Below are positions 42,758 to 53,789 of a stretch of DNA of 64,000 nucleotides, in pieces. This stretch comes from Candidatus Latescibacterota bacterium. GTDB taxonomy: Bacteria > Latescibacterota > UBA2968 > SICM01. The DNA lies in NCBI GenBank assembly GCA_965217865.1, contig CBDCJO010000002.1, forward strand, positions 4,160,001 to 4,224,000, written 5' to 3'. The position numbers and the translations under genes were made by a program. The notes beneath the pieces were generated by a model. The model did no database searches and was not told where the DNA came from. It was given only the letters and a program-made list of their open reading frames with translations. Within the stretch, counting starts at the first letter, position 1; every line of letters starts with the position of its first letter.

Positions 42758-43696
42758 ATGAAGGTTGATGAGATCAAGCGAATAGCCGTTGTCGGTGCCG
42801 GCTTGATGGGCCACGGGATCGCCCAGGAATTTTCCCTCGCCGGTTATGAAGTCCACCTGCAATCTCGTACCGAAGAGAGTCTGCAAAAAGCCATCTTGGA
42901 TATTCAGAAAAACCTCGAGTTCCTAACGGGGCTTGGACAGGTGACCCCTGAGCAGGCCGAGCCCGTTCCGGCCAGGATCCATACCACTACGGAGTTCGAA
43001 CAGGCGGTCGAAGACGCCGATGTGGTCATCGAGTCCGTCTTCGAGGATCTTGCGCTCAAGCAAAAGATCTTTCAGGACCTTGACAAAGTGTGCCCGGAAC
43101 GCACGATCCTGGCGAGCAACACCTCCAGCTTGATGCCGAGTGCGTTCGCGTCCGGCACCCGCAGGCCTGAAAAGGTGCTCGTGGCACACTACGCCAACCC
43201 GCCTTATTTAATCCCGGTCGTCGAAATCGTCCCGAGTGGGGAGACATCCGACGAAACCGTGACGACCATATCTGATCTCCTCACAAAGATGGGAAAGCGC
43301 CCCGTCATCGTACAAAAAGAAGTCCCGGGTTTCGTCCTCAATCGCCTTCAGGGAGCGCTTCTTCGGGAGGCGCTTTGGCTTGTAGAAAACGGCATTGCGA
43401 GTCCACAGGATGTGGATATCGCCATAAAGAACGGCATCGGACGACGATGGGCGGCGGCCGGAATCTTCGAGGTGTTTGAGATCGCAGGATGGGATTTATT
43501 GATGGCGATGGCTTCAGGCCTTCTCCCCCATCTTGCATCTTCGCCGGAAGTACCTTTGGTGCTGAAAGAGAAAGTCGAACGCGGCGAACTCGGGGTAAAG
43601 ACCGGGAAGGGGTTCTATGAGTGGACTCCGGAGTCGGCCGAGGCCCTGAAACAAAGAATTGCGGAAGCCCTGGTCAAAATAGAGCGGTGGTCCTGA
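42758..43696 (+). CDS. 3-hydroxyacyl-CoA dehydrogenase family
   Basis: GAGLMGHGIA, ASNTSS, HYANPP, LGVKTGKGFY. Confidence 0.92.
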   Translation: MKVDEIKRIAVVGAGLMGHGIAQEFSLAGYEVHLQSRTEESLQKAILDIQKNLEFLTGLGQVTPEQAEPVPARIHTTTEFEQAVEDADVVIESVFEDLALKQKIFQDLDKVCPERTILASNTSSLMPSAFASGTRRPEKVLVAHYANPPYLIPVVEIVPSGETSDETVTTISDLLTKMGKRPVIVQKEVPGFVLNRLQGALLREALWLVENGIASPQDVDIAIKNGIGRRWAAAGIFEVFEIAGWDLLMAMASGLLPHLASSPEVPLVLKEKVERGELGVKTGKGFYEWTPESAEALKQRIAEALVKIERWS

Positions 43697-43812
43697 ACAT
43701 CCTAGTTTCGGTCGGTTCGCAAAACCTGAGAACGTCAAGGCAAGTTCTGCTTTGATCACGAAAAGCCGGCACTGTCCTGGCCCCGCAAGTGAAGGCTCTT
43801 GGAGGATTGTTG

Positions 43813-44993
43813 ATGTCGAAGACCTCAACCAGAAAAGCGAAGTTCATCTCTGAATTGAGAAAACAATTCGTTGATATGCTTTATGCCACCCAGGCCCTTA
43901 AAACAAAAGAAGTCGAAGCAGCCTTGCGATTTGTCCCGAGACACCTATTCGTTGATCGATTCTATGATTTTCAGAAGAAGAAACAATATCGTATAAAAGT
44001 GGATCCTGAAAACCCTACACCTGCACAATTGAAAAAGATATACTGTGACGATGCCCTGGTATCTCACCTGAGTCCGCACCCAACCAGTTCCACATCCCAG
44101 CCCAGTCTTGTTGCTCAGATGCTGGAGGAACTTCAGCTCAAGCCTGGTATGAAGGTTCTCGAAATTGGTGCCGGAACAGGTTGGAATGCTGCTTTGATGG
44201 GACATATTGTTGGTTCCAACGGCCACGTATGCACTATCGATATACAAACGGATGTTGCTCGAGGCGCCCGTCAGAAAATTCGTCGCTTTGACGCTAAGAA
44301 TGTGACGATTATTACTGCCGACGGTTGGAACGGATATCGAAAAGGAGCTCCTTACGACAGAATCATTACGACGGTAAGCTGTCCGGACGTTTCTCCTCAC
44401 TGGACCAGTTGAAGGGAGATGGGGCACTGTTGATAACGCTTCAGGACATACCGGGGGCATGTGATTGTCTTATGCCATTCTTGTGGAAAAAGAAAGATCA
44501 TCTGGAAGGTGAAGTGGTTGGATCGCCTGGATTTATGGTATTGCAGGGAAAGTATGGGATGGAGGTCGTGTTACCTGATGTGGCGAAGGAACGATTGACT
44601 CGTGCAAGAGCCGACAGAAAAGCGCATAAGAAGACAGCACCGTGGATTTGCTGGAATCCAGGCATACGCAGATGGACGGCGCTAGAGCTATTGTTTTTTA
44701 CCACTCTGGAAGGGATGTTCGTTGAGCCTGCATTAAGCCATTGTATTCTTTCCTACAAAGATTCGGAGAGTATCTGTATCACTGATACAGGTGAGGAACA
44801 CATTGAAGTGTATGGCGGCGAAGAAACCTATCGGGCTTTTGAGGATGTGGCTCGAAAATGGATCGAATTAGGGGCTCCGCGAAGAATCGCATACCGTATG
44901 GAAGTTTGGCCGAAGCAGGCTAAGAAGCGTAAACCAAAGAACGGCTGGTTGATGCAGCGTGTTCATTCACAGTTGATTTTTCGATTGAAATAA
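43813..44993 (+). pseudogene. Protein-L-isoaspartate O-methyltransferase-like with long C-terminal extension; frameshift at ~44405
   Basis: VPRHLF, SSTSQPSLVAQML, LEIGAGTGWNAAL, APYDRII; continues as DQLKGDG in the next frame. Confidence 0.8.
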
Positions 44994-45080
44994 GGCTATC
45001 TTCGCATACTCACAACAAGAGGCCGTCCGTCTAAGCTGTACATACAACTCCACCTGAAACCTTTTACAGGAGAACAGGTC

Positions 45081-45629
45081 TTGATAGAGTTGAAAGGAGA
45101 GCTTGTTAAACTTAAAGCTTTAGAGAGAGATCATTGTCACACTTTGTGGGCACAAACTGAAGTGATTGGTGACTTGCCGACACAGGCCTTTCAGCCAAGT
45201 CTTGCTCGGGAAAATGCCGACAAATGGTTTGACGAAATGCAAGAAAAGCAGGGAAAATCACACTTTGATTTTGGCATTTTCGATGCGGAGGGTAATGTTA
45301 TCGGGCACATCCAGCTTCACAGCATCGACTGGCAAATGCGTTCAGCCGAACTGGGGTTAGGTCTGGTCAGTGAATCGAATCGGGGCAAAGGTTACGGCAC
45401 GGATGCCACACGGGTCATTATTCGTTATGGGTTTGACAACCTCGGATTACATCGCATTATGGCTGATCCAGTGGAATTCAACAAACCGGCGATCCGAGTT
45501 CTGGAGAAGTGCGGGTTTTCCGAAGAAGGCCAAGAACGCGAGGCCTTTTACTTCGGCGGTCGTTGGTATGACAGGGTTATATATGCAATCCTGGACGAGG
45601 AATTCCGAGAATCCTCACCGAAAGAATAG
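45081..45629 (+). CDS. GNAT, RimJ/RimL family
   Basis: RGKGYGTDA, LGLHRI and LEKCGF motifs. Confidence 0.88.
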   Translation: MIELKGELVKLKALERDHCHTLWAQTEVIGDLPTQAFQPSLARENADKWFDEMQEKQGKSHFDFGIFDAEGNVIGHIQLHSIDWQMRSAELGLGLVSESNRGKGYGTDATRVIIRYGFDNLGLHRIMADPVEFNKPAIRVLEKCGFSEEGQEREAFYFGGRWYDRVIYAILDEEFRESSPKE

Positions 45630-45658
45630 TCCCTAATTCGAAGGAGTTGAGGTTCAGT

Positions 45659-46774
45659 ATGAAGACAATCAAAAGCCTCAGACGATTAGAGGAAACAACA
45701 ATCCGCCTCGGCGGTGCCGGTGACGACTGGCACATGACCTGGAGCGACAACGACAAACAGTATTTCAGCCTGAACGATGGAACCGGCTTCCCCGGAATGC
45801 CGCAAAAGAAGTACAACAGCCGCGCCTACGCAGTGTCCGGCGATCCCCCTGAAGTGACCTTCGAATATCTCTCCGGATATCCCGACCTGGTTACCACTCC
45901 AGGATCTGACGATTCGAATCGCTATTACAATTTCGGTATCCTTGCTCTCGACGGCAGGATCTATCAGTTCCTGAGCACCCCGAACCACCCCTTCCGCGAA
46001 CCCGGACCCAGATTTGTGGGTGCGAAGCTGATCTATTCGCCGGACAACGGCCAGACTTGGCGCAATCAGGACGGCTCTGCGCCGGTCAGATGGGAACCCT
46101 GGGAGCAGAGAAGCCGCGAGAACATGCTGTTCTTCTACGAGCCGAACGACGCCTTTTCGCTCCTGACCGTTCTGCAGATGGGAAGGAACTACGAGCACAA
46201 CAGGGACGGATTCGTCTACCTCTATGCCCCTAACGGCAACACGGAAGGGACGATGAACCAGCTTGCGATGTGCCGTGTGCCGAAGGACCGCATAAGCGAC
46301 CGCGGCGCGTATGAGTTCTTCGCGACGCAGCGCTCGGACGGGGGTGCGGAATGGTCGGAAAGGATCGAAGACAGAGGTGTCATTCACACCTTTCCATCCG
46401 GTTGGGTGAACAAAACGGTCCATCCCTGGTCCTGGCAGCCGAGCCTGGTCTACTACCCCTCGACCGGCCAGTACCTGATGGCAAATTGGGGTACGGGCTG
46501 CTCAGCGGAAGGGGAATGGTTTGGAAAACCGAGTTATCTCGGATTCTGGACTGCGCCGGAGCCCTGGGGACCCTGGACCCAGATTCACGAGGAGCAGGAG
46601 TGGACCCCGAAGGGAGACCCAAACGCGTGTGCCTACGAACCCCACATCGCGCCCAAGTGGATTTCCGACGACGGCAGGTCGTTCTGGTTGGTCTGGAGCG
46701 ACTTCCAGGAATTAGGGGGCAACAGACCCTACTACGCGTTTAACGTTCAGAAGGTTGAGGTGCGTCTGGACTAG
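45659..46774 (+). CDS. Hypothetical beta-propeller-like (DUF4185-like) protein
   Basis: GDDWHMTW, Asp-box YSPDNGQTW, APEPWGPW. Confidence 0.6.
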   Translation: MKTIKSLRRLEETTIRLGGAGDDWHMTWSDNDKQYFSLNDGTGFPGMPQKKYNSRAYAVSGDPPEVTFEYLSGYPDLVTTPGSDDSNRYYNFGILALDGRIYQFLSTPNHPFREPGPRFVGAKLIYSPDNGQTWRNQDGSAPVRWEPWEQRSRENMLFFYEPNDAFSLLTVLQMGRNYEHNRDGFVYLYAPNGNTEGTMNQLAMCRVPKDRISDRGAYEFFATQRSDGGAEWSERIEDRGVIHTFPSGWVNKTVHPWSWQPSLVYYPSTGQYLMANWGTGCSAEGEWFGKPSYLGFWTAPEPWGPWTQIHEEQEWTPKGDPNACAYEPHIAPKWISDDGRSFWLVWSDFQELGGNRPYYAFNVQKVEVRLD

Positions 46775-46961
46775 TAGTGGATTGTTACATACACTATGAT
46801 ATTTCCTGCCTGTCTGAACTGAGAGAATTCTTTTGACTGTGATCGCTATACGGAGTTACATTGCAGGTTGTAGTGAGACAAACAAAGGACCACGACAATC
46901 GTCATCCTGAAGTGTTGATGTTCTCTGACAAGGCAGACGTTTCCGGAAGGGAGAATCAGGT

Positions 46962-47804
46962 ATGGCTGCAAGCGACATCCGTCAACACGGGAAACTCATT
47001 GAGCGGCTCAAAGCCCAGGCTCTAGAGACCCGTCGGTTCCTCGTGGGACACACAATTCGCCACGGAACCCATCTGGGCGGCGCTTTATCAGCCACGGACC
47101 TCCTTACAGCGCTCTACTTCCACTTCATGAGGATACAACCCGAGAATCCGGATTGGGTGGATCGGGACATGTTCATTCTGAGCAAGGGGCATGTGGGCAT
47201 AGCGCTTTACTACCTGCTAGCAAAGAGGGGCTTTTTTTCCATCGAGGATCTCGACAGCTACGAGAAGACAGGAACCATATTTGGCACGCACCCCTCCAAT
47301 AAGATTCCAGGCGCGGAAGTGACCACCGGGTCACTCGGCCACGGCCTCTCCGTAGGTGTGGGAATGGCCATCGTGGGTAAAAGGGATGCAAAAGACTACA
47401 GAGTCTTTGTAATGCTCGGCGACGGCGAGCTCCAGGAGGGATCTGTCTGGGAGGCGGCCATGTCCGCCTCTCACCACAGACTGGACAATCTCATCGCCAT
47501 AGTGGATCGCAACCGGTTCCAGGGGGGAGAAGCGACCGAAGAAATACTCTCTCTCGAGCCCATAGACCGCAGGTTCGCCGCCTTCGGCTGGTCGACGGCC
47601 ACGATCGACGGCCACGATATGGATAATATCGTTCAGACCATGGGAGCCTTGCCCTTCGAGAAGGGCAAACCATCGCTCATCGTTGCCAATACGATCAAAG
47701 GCAAGGGCGTCTCCTTCCTGGAGAACAAAGCTGAGTCCCATATCCTCATTCTATCCAAGGAACAGGGAAAGGAGGCCCTTAAGGGACTGGAGGTGCCCCA
47801 ATGA
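46962..47804 (+). CDS. Transketolase N-terminal subunit
   Basis: ILSKGH, TGSLGHG and GDGELQEG motifs. Confidence 0.92.
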   Translation: MAASDIRQHGKLIERLKAQALETRRFLVGHTIRHGTHLGGALSATDLLTALYFHFMRIQPENPDWVDRDMFILSKGHVGIALYYLLAKRGFFSIEDLDSYEKTGTIFGTHPSNKIPGAEVTTGSLGHGLSVGVGMAIVGKRDAKDYRVFVMLGDGELQEGSVWEAAMSASHHRLDNLIAIVDRNRFQGGEATEEILSLEPIDRRFAAFGWSTATIDGHDMDNIVQTMGALPFEKGKPSLIVANTIKGKGVSFLENKAESHILILSKEQGKEALKGLEVPQ

Positions 47805-48742
47805 GTGCTTATTCATCGTCCACACTCTACGAAGTGTGGGACAGGCAGCTCACAGAGCTGGGGGAGGAAAACAAAGACATTTACACCGTGGACGCCGAGG
47901 CGCTTTTTATGGTGGCGAACTTCAGGAAGGCCCATCCGCAGAGAGCCATTCAGGTGGGCATCGCTGAGCAGAACATGATCGGCGTCGCCGCAGGTATCGC
48001 GGCCAAAGGAAAGATTGTCTTCGCGCACACGATGGCAAATTTCCTGACACTCCGGGCCTGCGAGATGGTCCGGGACGACATCGTCTACAACGGCTTCAAT
48101 GCAAAGATCGTATCCTCCTACGCCAGCGTCCTGGGCGGCCCCTGGGGGTCGACGCATCACGGCTTAGAGGATGTGGCTGTCATGCGGACAATTCCCGGGA
48201 TGACGATCGTTGTGCCGGCCGACGGCTACCAGGTGAAGCAGGCAGCGAGGGCCGCGGCGGGGTTCGAGGGACCGATGTACATCCGCCTTGAATCTGACGT
48301 GCCTGTCGACCTCGACAAATCTGACTTCAAAGTGGGGGGTTCGATAGTGCTCAGGGAAGGCACGGATCTCATCTTGATGGCGTGCGGGGCGATGGTAGGG
48401 CGCTCGCTCGAAGCCGCCCGGATCCTCTCAGAGAAGGGTGTCGATGCGGGTGTGGTGAACATGCACACCGTCAAACCCATTGACAAACAGGCGATTCTCC
48501 GGTCGGGAACGCAGACACGTGGAATCGTCACCGTAGAGGAGCACAGCATCATCGGCGGCCTTGGAAGTGCGGTGGCGGAATTCGTCGCGGAAGAAGTACC
48601 TAACACCAGGGTAAAAAGGATCGGGTTCGAAGACACCTTCTCGATTCTGGGGAAATACGAGGATATCCTCACACACTACGGGCTTGATCCCTCAGGCATC
48701 GCTGAGAAGGCATTGGAGTTTCACAGGGTTCTGACAGAGTGA
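47801..48742 (+). CDS. Transketolase C-terminal subunit
   Basis: GIAEQNM, STHHGLED and EEHSIIGGLGS motifs. Confidence 0.92.
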   Translation: MSAYSSSTLYEVWDRQLTELGEENKDIYTVDAEALFMVANFRKAHPQRAIQVGIAEQNMIGVAAGIAAKGKIVFAHTMANFLTLRACEMVRDDIVYNGFNAKIVSSYASVLGGPWGSTHHGLEDVAVMRTIPGMTIVVPADGYQVKQAARAAAGFEGPMYIRLESDVPVDLDKSDFKVGGSIVLREGTDLILMACGAMVGRSLEAARILSEKGVDAGVVNMHTVKPIDKQAILRSGTQTRGIVTVEEHSIIGGLGSAVAEFVAEEVPNTRVKRIGFEDTFSILGKYEDILTHYGLDPSGIAEKALEFHRVLTE

Positions 48743-48750
48743 TCCAGATC

Positions 48751-48964
48751 TGACCCTGGTGTGAAAATCCCATCTATCCTTCATGAGAAAGAAATCGGCC
48801 TTGCCATCCCGGCAAGGCCGTTAAGTTATAAGGCCGCGGCAGGCGCATAACACGACCGTCTGCGGCTCCGGCGCATTCGCCTTAGCCCAACCCGGCTTCC
48901 TCCTCCGTTGCGTTGCAGCTTCGGAGGATAAGCCACAGGTTCGCAGCCCGTGAACGCGTTATTC
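48751..48964 (+). repeat. Conserved post-stop hairpin segment plus attC-like site (48845-48964), copy B
   Basis: Homologous to 25545-25724 (-); GCATAAC...GTTATTC. Confidence 0.7.
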
Positions 48965-49131
48965 CGACACTGGCTCCCAAGTAAGAGAGTAAGCGGATTC
49001 GCATGATGTGGTGAGGTTCGGCGTAGATGCAGTAGATATATGATGGGAAAACAAGAATCAGAACCTACGGGGTATATCTCCAGAATACAGGGAAATATGT
49101 TGCTTATACCTAATAGAAAGGAGAACTTTTA

Positions 49132-49278
49132 ATGGAAGCATTAGGAATAGTTGGAGTGACCTTTGGGATTATCGCTTGGGGTCTTATAGCCAGCTTAAGG
49201 AAAGACTTTGAAGAGTTGAAGAAGAACCTACAGGACTCTGGAGTCCTGAAAGAACAACCGAAATCTGAGGATAAATAG
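49132..49278 (+). CDS. 48-aa single-TM/coiled-coil small protein
   Basis: AAAGGAG RBS; MEALGIVGVTFGIIAWGLIASLRKDFEELKKNLQDSGVLKEQPKSEDK. Confidence 0.6.
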   Translation: MEALGIVGVTFGIIAWGLIASLRKDFEELKKNLQDSGVLKEQPKSEDK

Positions 49279-49341
49279 ATTCTATTATTTGCCCAACAAT
49301 TGTTGCAACCAACTATAGCTATAACAGTTTCACCCATCAGT

Positions 49342-49707
49342 TTATTCGTTGGCAGCGATAAAGTCGTCATCGGTAAAATACAGTTCATTACCATCCATAT
49401 CGGCGATTTTCATTACTGGCATGCCCCAATGTTTATTGGATACTTCTACGCCGGAACTCTGGAATTCGTCGGATAAAGCTTCTGTTTCCCCCGGGCCAAT
49501 TGACATGAAAATTCTCCCGTGGCCAGGTTCTTGGCTGCCCTTGTTCAGTATTATTTCGAGTCCGTTGCAGTTAACTTGAGCCGCTATAATCCTACCTTCC
49601 TCATCGTGTTGCCATTTCTTTGTGAATCCGAGATCATTCTCATACATTTGAAGCGATTTCTCGACGTCCTTGGTAAAGAACACAGTACGACAATACCACC
49701 CTGACAT
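49342..49707 (-). CDS. VOC/glyoxalase family protein
   Basis: DVEKSLQMY..LGF, WG...DMDGNEL; AAGGAG RBS. Confidence 0.85.
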   Translation of the reverse strand: MSGWYCRTVFFTKDVEKSLQMYENDLGFTKKWQHDEEGRIIAAQVNCNGLEIILNKGSQEPGHGRIFMSIGPGETEALSDEFQSSGVEVSNKHWGMPVMKIADMDGNELYFTDDDFIAANE

Positions 49708-49787
49708 GTCTTTCTCCTTTACAAATTGAATGAGTTCGGCCCAACTGTCGAACCCATACTGGGAGGCAACGACAAACTGAGCGTCTG

Positions 49788-50097
49788 CACCCCTTCTCCC
49801 GCCCTTCGACAGGCTCAGGACAGGCTCCGCAGGAGAAGGGGGACGATGACATTCAATTTCTATATATTAAGGATCTCGCCTTTCCCTTCATTAAACGATT
49901 AGATCATTTTCGATCTTCCCCTCTCCCGGCACCCGGGAGAGGGGTGCCGAGCTTGTGAGGCGGGGTGAGGGAGCACGACGGCGTTCCAAAAAGGTTGCAA
50001 AACTAAAGAAAGTGTTGCACGGAAAGCAATGATTCAAATCTGAGAATACAGAGATCCTTCGACTACGCAGAGCTGCAGCTCTGCTCCGCTCAGGACG
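49788..50097. repeat. Cluster of nested REP-like palindromes
   Basis: CCCCTTCTCC[CCCTTCGACAGGCTCAGGACAGGC]GGAGAAGGGG; CCCCTCTCCCGG-CA-CCCGGGAGAGGGG..GGGGTGAGGG; CCTTCGACTAC[GCAGAGCTGCAGCTCTGC]..GCTCAGGA. Confidence 0.65.
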
Positions 50098-50135
50098 TGG
50101 CTTTCGGAACAATTCACTGGTGGTTCAAATTAGCT

Positions 50136-50638
50136 ATGAAGAGTGGTGTTTTCGTCGTTGTATTCAACGAGCACAAGACACAGGTATTGCTTCACAAGCA
50201 GGCGGACATCCGCATCTGGTCACTTCCGGGAGGAGGAATTGAATCGGACGAAACATGGGAAGAGGCCGGAGTGCGAGAAGTATACGAGGAAACAGGTTAT
50301 CAGATCAAGATCGAACGGCTGATTGGAGAGTATTCAATCCCCCAAATTGACGGATTCGAATACGCATGTCTTGGCTGCGTTGTTGGCGGAGAGGCGATCA
50401 AAAAGGGACCAGAAACACTGGCTGTCATGTGGTTCGCCACGGACGCCCTGCCCAGAAGCGTGGGAAGTTCGACCGAAAGTACATAAAAGATGCAGTGGGC
50501 AACTCGCCGGCGCCTGTGAAGAAAACCTTGTACATGTCGCCCCCTGAACTCGTTCTGATTCGCACCTTGTTTTTCCTACGGAACCTTCGCATTCGTATCA
50601 GGGAGCTGTTGAAACCTGCTGCTGAGGAGCGATGCTGA
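50136..50638 (+). pseudogene. NUDIX hydrolase, frameshift at ~50470
   Basis: PGGGIESDETWEEAGVREVYEETG; C-terminus in another frame. Confidence 0.75.
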
Positions 50639-50697
50639 GCTTGAGCACAAGATCCAGGGCTTACTCCTTGAATCCGGTAAGGTTTTCGGAATTTAGT

Positions 50698-52187
50698 TCA
50701 TTTTCTCCTTGCATTTTCCCATAGATGCCGAAACCCGTTCTGTTCTCTTCGCGTCAATATTTTCCATAGAATCAAATTATCCTTAAAATAATTCGAGTCA
50801 TTCAAATGATAATTTTTAAGGTAATTAAAAGATAAAGGCTTGACAAGTGGACCCATATTGTGTATATTATATACACACTTAAGGAGGTTCACAATGAACT
50901 TGTTTGATATTATGACCCGCTTTCCAGACCAGCAGTCATGCATCGATCATCTTGAAAGGATCAGGTTTGGAAACGAGCCTTACTGCCCGCTTTGCGGGGA
51001 TATGGACGTTGCTCGCAAGAAGGAACGAAACCTTGTGGGCCGTTGGAACTGCCACGGTTGCAATTCCAGCTTCAACGTATTGTCCAAGACCATCATGCAG
51101 AAAACGAAGGTGCCGCTTCAGAAGTGGTTCTGCGCAACGTGGTATTTATGTTTGTAATTCCCATAATAATATACCCAATACCAGCCAGGCCGTCAAGCCT
51201 TTATCTTTTAATTACCATTTTTAATTTCTTCAGGCGTTAATCGATCCTTAATTGAAAGATTGACTGGAAATTGTCCAATATTCCGAACATATCCCACTTG
51301 CATCTCTGGGCCAATTGAATAATTGATCCACTCTTCCGCAATGCGTATCATCTTCCGATTATTTTCTAAGGAGCAACCGATCATCCAATTATCCACCCAT
51401 CCGGTTACCCCTTCTTTAGGTTGCGAGAATTTCCAAACCTCCCCCCTTTTTTTAAGCTCATGAAAAGAAAAACCCCACGCTGTCGCCAGAGTAAGACCTT
51501 GTAATTGGTCGGCTTTATCAACACCTACCCAAAATGATTTTGCATTATGTGCAAGGATCTTCAAGTGATGTTGAAACTTTTCATTTTTTCTAAGAAATTC
51601 AAAGTCAAAGATCTGTTCCTTATTAAAACCTAAAGCAAGTGCGGTAATATAAATATTAGCCTCATGGTAATCGGAACTTATTATATAAGCACCAGCGTAT
51701 TTTTTTCCCAAAAAACATTCCAGCTTTTGGGTTCTTTTTTCACGAGACTTGTGTTGTAAGCAAGTCCATAAGGCCCATATACGATAGGGACACCATATAT
51801 CTTATCATCTTGTGTAATATATTCTGCCTTCTTTAAAGCAGGTATGATGTATTGATAATTCGGAATATTTTCCAGGTTAATTGGTAATACAAGCTTTCCG
51901 CGAATTAAATTCCATTGGTGTGATTTTGGAATGTTATGGGCCGGGCTAATAAGATCAACGTTTTTTGCTCGAATTTCATAAAAAAACTCTTTAGGATCGG
52001 AAACGTCTTTAACAACAACCTTTAAATCTATATCATATCTGTTTTTGATGAATTGTTCGAATTGTTTGGTATGCGTCCCTGGAGCGTATCCCTCCCAACA
52101 TAAAATCCTCAATTCTTCAGAATAACAATAGGGAGTAAGAACGATACAAAAAAACAGGATCACGATAAGTCGTGTTAAGATATGCAT
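50698..52187 (-). pseudogene. PotD/PotF-like ABC substrate-binding protein, frameshifted (~51705, T-run) and interrupted by an IS1595 derivative
   Basis: Signal peptide, LRILCWEGY, PKEGVTGWVDNW; removing the element restores EEIKNYHLND...ARRK*. Confidence 0.8.
50820..51216 (+). mobile_element. 397-bp internally deleted IS1595-family element (MITE-like)
   Basis: Perfect 25-bp TIR GGTAATTAAAAGATAAAGGCTTGAC; 8-bp TSD ATTTTTAA (50812-50819, 51217-51224); retains only the Zn-ribbon N-terminus (CPLC..CHGC, VPLQKWF) at 50894-51157. Confidence 0.9.
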
Positions 52188-52375
52188 TCTTTGATCCTCT
52201 CTTGCGAATGCCGCCACCATTCACAGGGTGTTACCATTCTCAGATTTTCACCTCAATTTGCATAGACAAGATAAACGCTAAATAAGGAGGGGGCAAGAGA
52301 TTCCGGTTACAACTGGGAAATTCCGGATCCTGCATGAGCGATAGGTAGGTAACAGGAAATTATAAGGAAGGTAAT

Positions 52376-52831
52376 ATGGAAGAAACAAAATGGCACATCA
52401 GACAGGCATCCATTGAAGATTCTATAAACCTGAAGAACTGTATGGAATCCGCCTACTCGGTTTATCTGCAAAGACTTTGTGATAAACGGCTGCCGCCTAT
52501 GGATGCGGACTACGAAGATGAAATCAGATCTTTTCCGGTTTGGGTTGCAGAATCAGATAAGAAGATAGTGGGTGGTTTAATACTAATGTTTGAAGAGCAC
52601 TATGCTTCAATCGCAAACATCGCTGTGCATCCTGAATTTCAGGGTAATGGTCTTGGCCGAGGTCTTATGGAGTTTGCAGAATCCGAAGCAAAGCGTATGG
52701 GATACGCTGAAATGCGCCTTTCAACCCATGTTTCATTAACTGAAATTGTGTCTTTGTATCTGCATTTGGGGTGGTCAGAAACCGATCGTGATGATGTTCG
52801 AGTATACATGATGAAAAAGCTCGATAGATAG
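52376..52831 (+). CDS. GNAT N-acetyltransferase
   Basis: NIAVHPEFQGNGLG motif. Confidence 0.88.
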   Translation: MEETKWHIRQASIEDSINLKNCMESAYSVYLQRLCDKRLPPMDADYEDEIRSFPVWVAESDKKIVGGLILMFEEHYASIANIAVHPEFQGNGLGRGLMEFAESEAKRMGYAEMRLSTHVSLTEIVSLYLHLGWSETDRDDVRVYMMKKLDR

Positions 52832-52975
52832 TTCCGCGCTATTGTTTCCTAAGGAGGACACGATGATGCTGAAATCCCATTCGCTCCTTGGAAACCCGCT
52901 TCGCGCGGTTCGTGCCCCCTCTTGACCGTTTTCTGAAATGTCTTTTCCAGCCACTCGCAATCGGTAAACTGTCCC

Positions 52976-53773
52976 GTGGATATTCCAGATCTTCCTGATC
53001 CACTGTATCCTCATCTCGTGGGCTACACATCAGATGGTGAGAACCTGAAAACAGGGTCTTGCGCAGACGTCTTCCATTTCGTTCACCCAACGAAGCAGGG
53101 GTTGTTTCTCAAAATCAGGGATTTGGGGATTGCTCCGAATGAGTGTACTCTTGGCGCGGAGAAGGCCGCGATGTCGTGGTTGAAGGGAAAGCTGAGTGTG
53201 CCTCGCATTGTTTGTTTTCACAACGAAAGAGACACCGAGTACCTCCTTATGACTCAGGTGCATGGCGTTTCTGGAGTCCACGAAGAGTCGTTGAATAATG
53301 GAGCTAATCTCATGCGTGAATTCGCGTTGGGCATGCGTGAGATCCACTCGCTGGGATTCGAGTCGTGTCCATTGGACTGGCGCCTGGAAAACCTTCTTGT
53401 ATGGGCTCAAGATCTGATTGAGACTCTAACAGAGGCCGAAATCCCGAATCGAAAGACAAGGAATTCTCTCAAGCTCGAGCTGCAGGAGCTCAGGGACCGG
53501 CAGCCGTGTCAGGAGGATTTGGTATTTACTCACGGCGACTATTGTCTGCCTAATATTCTGCTGCGCGACGGACGTTTGAGCGGATTTGTCGATTGGGGAT
53601 ATGCTGGAGTCGGTGACCGATACCTGGATATCGTCGAAGCACGAAACACTATTCACCAGAATCTTGGCGCGGATTGGGTGCCGTTGTTTCTCCAGGAGTA
53701 CGGTCTTCAAGAGCTGGACAAGGAGAAAATGGACTATTATCAAAGGGTTTTCGATCTCTTCGAGGTAGCGTAG
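52976..53773 (+). CDS. Aminoglycoside 3'-phosphotransferase-like kinase
   Basis: VFTHGDYCLPNIL, GFVDWG and GVGDRYLD motifs. Confidence 0.82.
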   Translation: MDIPDLPDPLYPHLVGYTSDGENLKTGSCADVFHFVHPTKQGLFLKIRDLGIAPNECTLGAEKAAMSWLKGKLSVPRIVCFHNERDTEYLLMTQVHGVSGVHEESLNNGANLMREFALGMREIHSLGFESCPLDWRLENLLVWAQDLIETLTEAEIPNRKTRNSLKLELQELRDRQPCQEDLVFTHGDYCLPNILLRDGRLSGFVDWGYAGVGDRYLDIVEARNTIHQNLGADWVPLFLQEYGLQELDKEKMDYYQRVFDLFEVA

Positions 53774-53789
53774 AGTAGGAGGACAATCA

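Noticed and set aside
31865-44993. SagB/ThcOx plus PCMT-like methyltransferase as a RiPP cluster
   Set aside because: They are 10 kb apart with different GC, and no YcaO, LanB/C, ATP-grasp or precursor peptide is seen.
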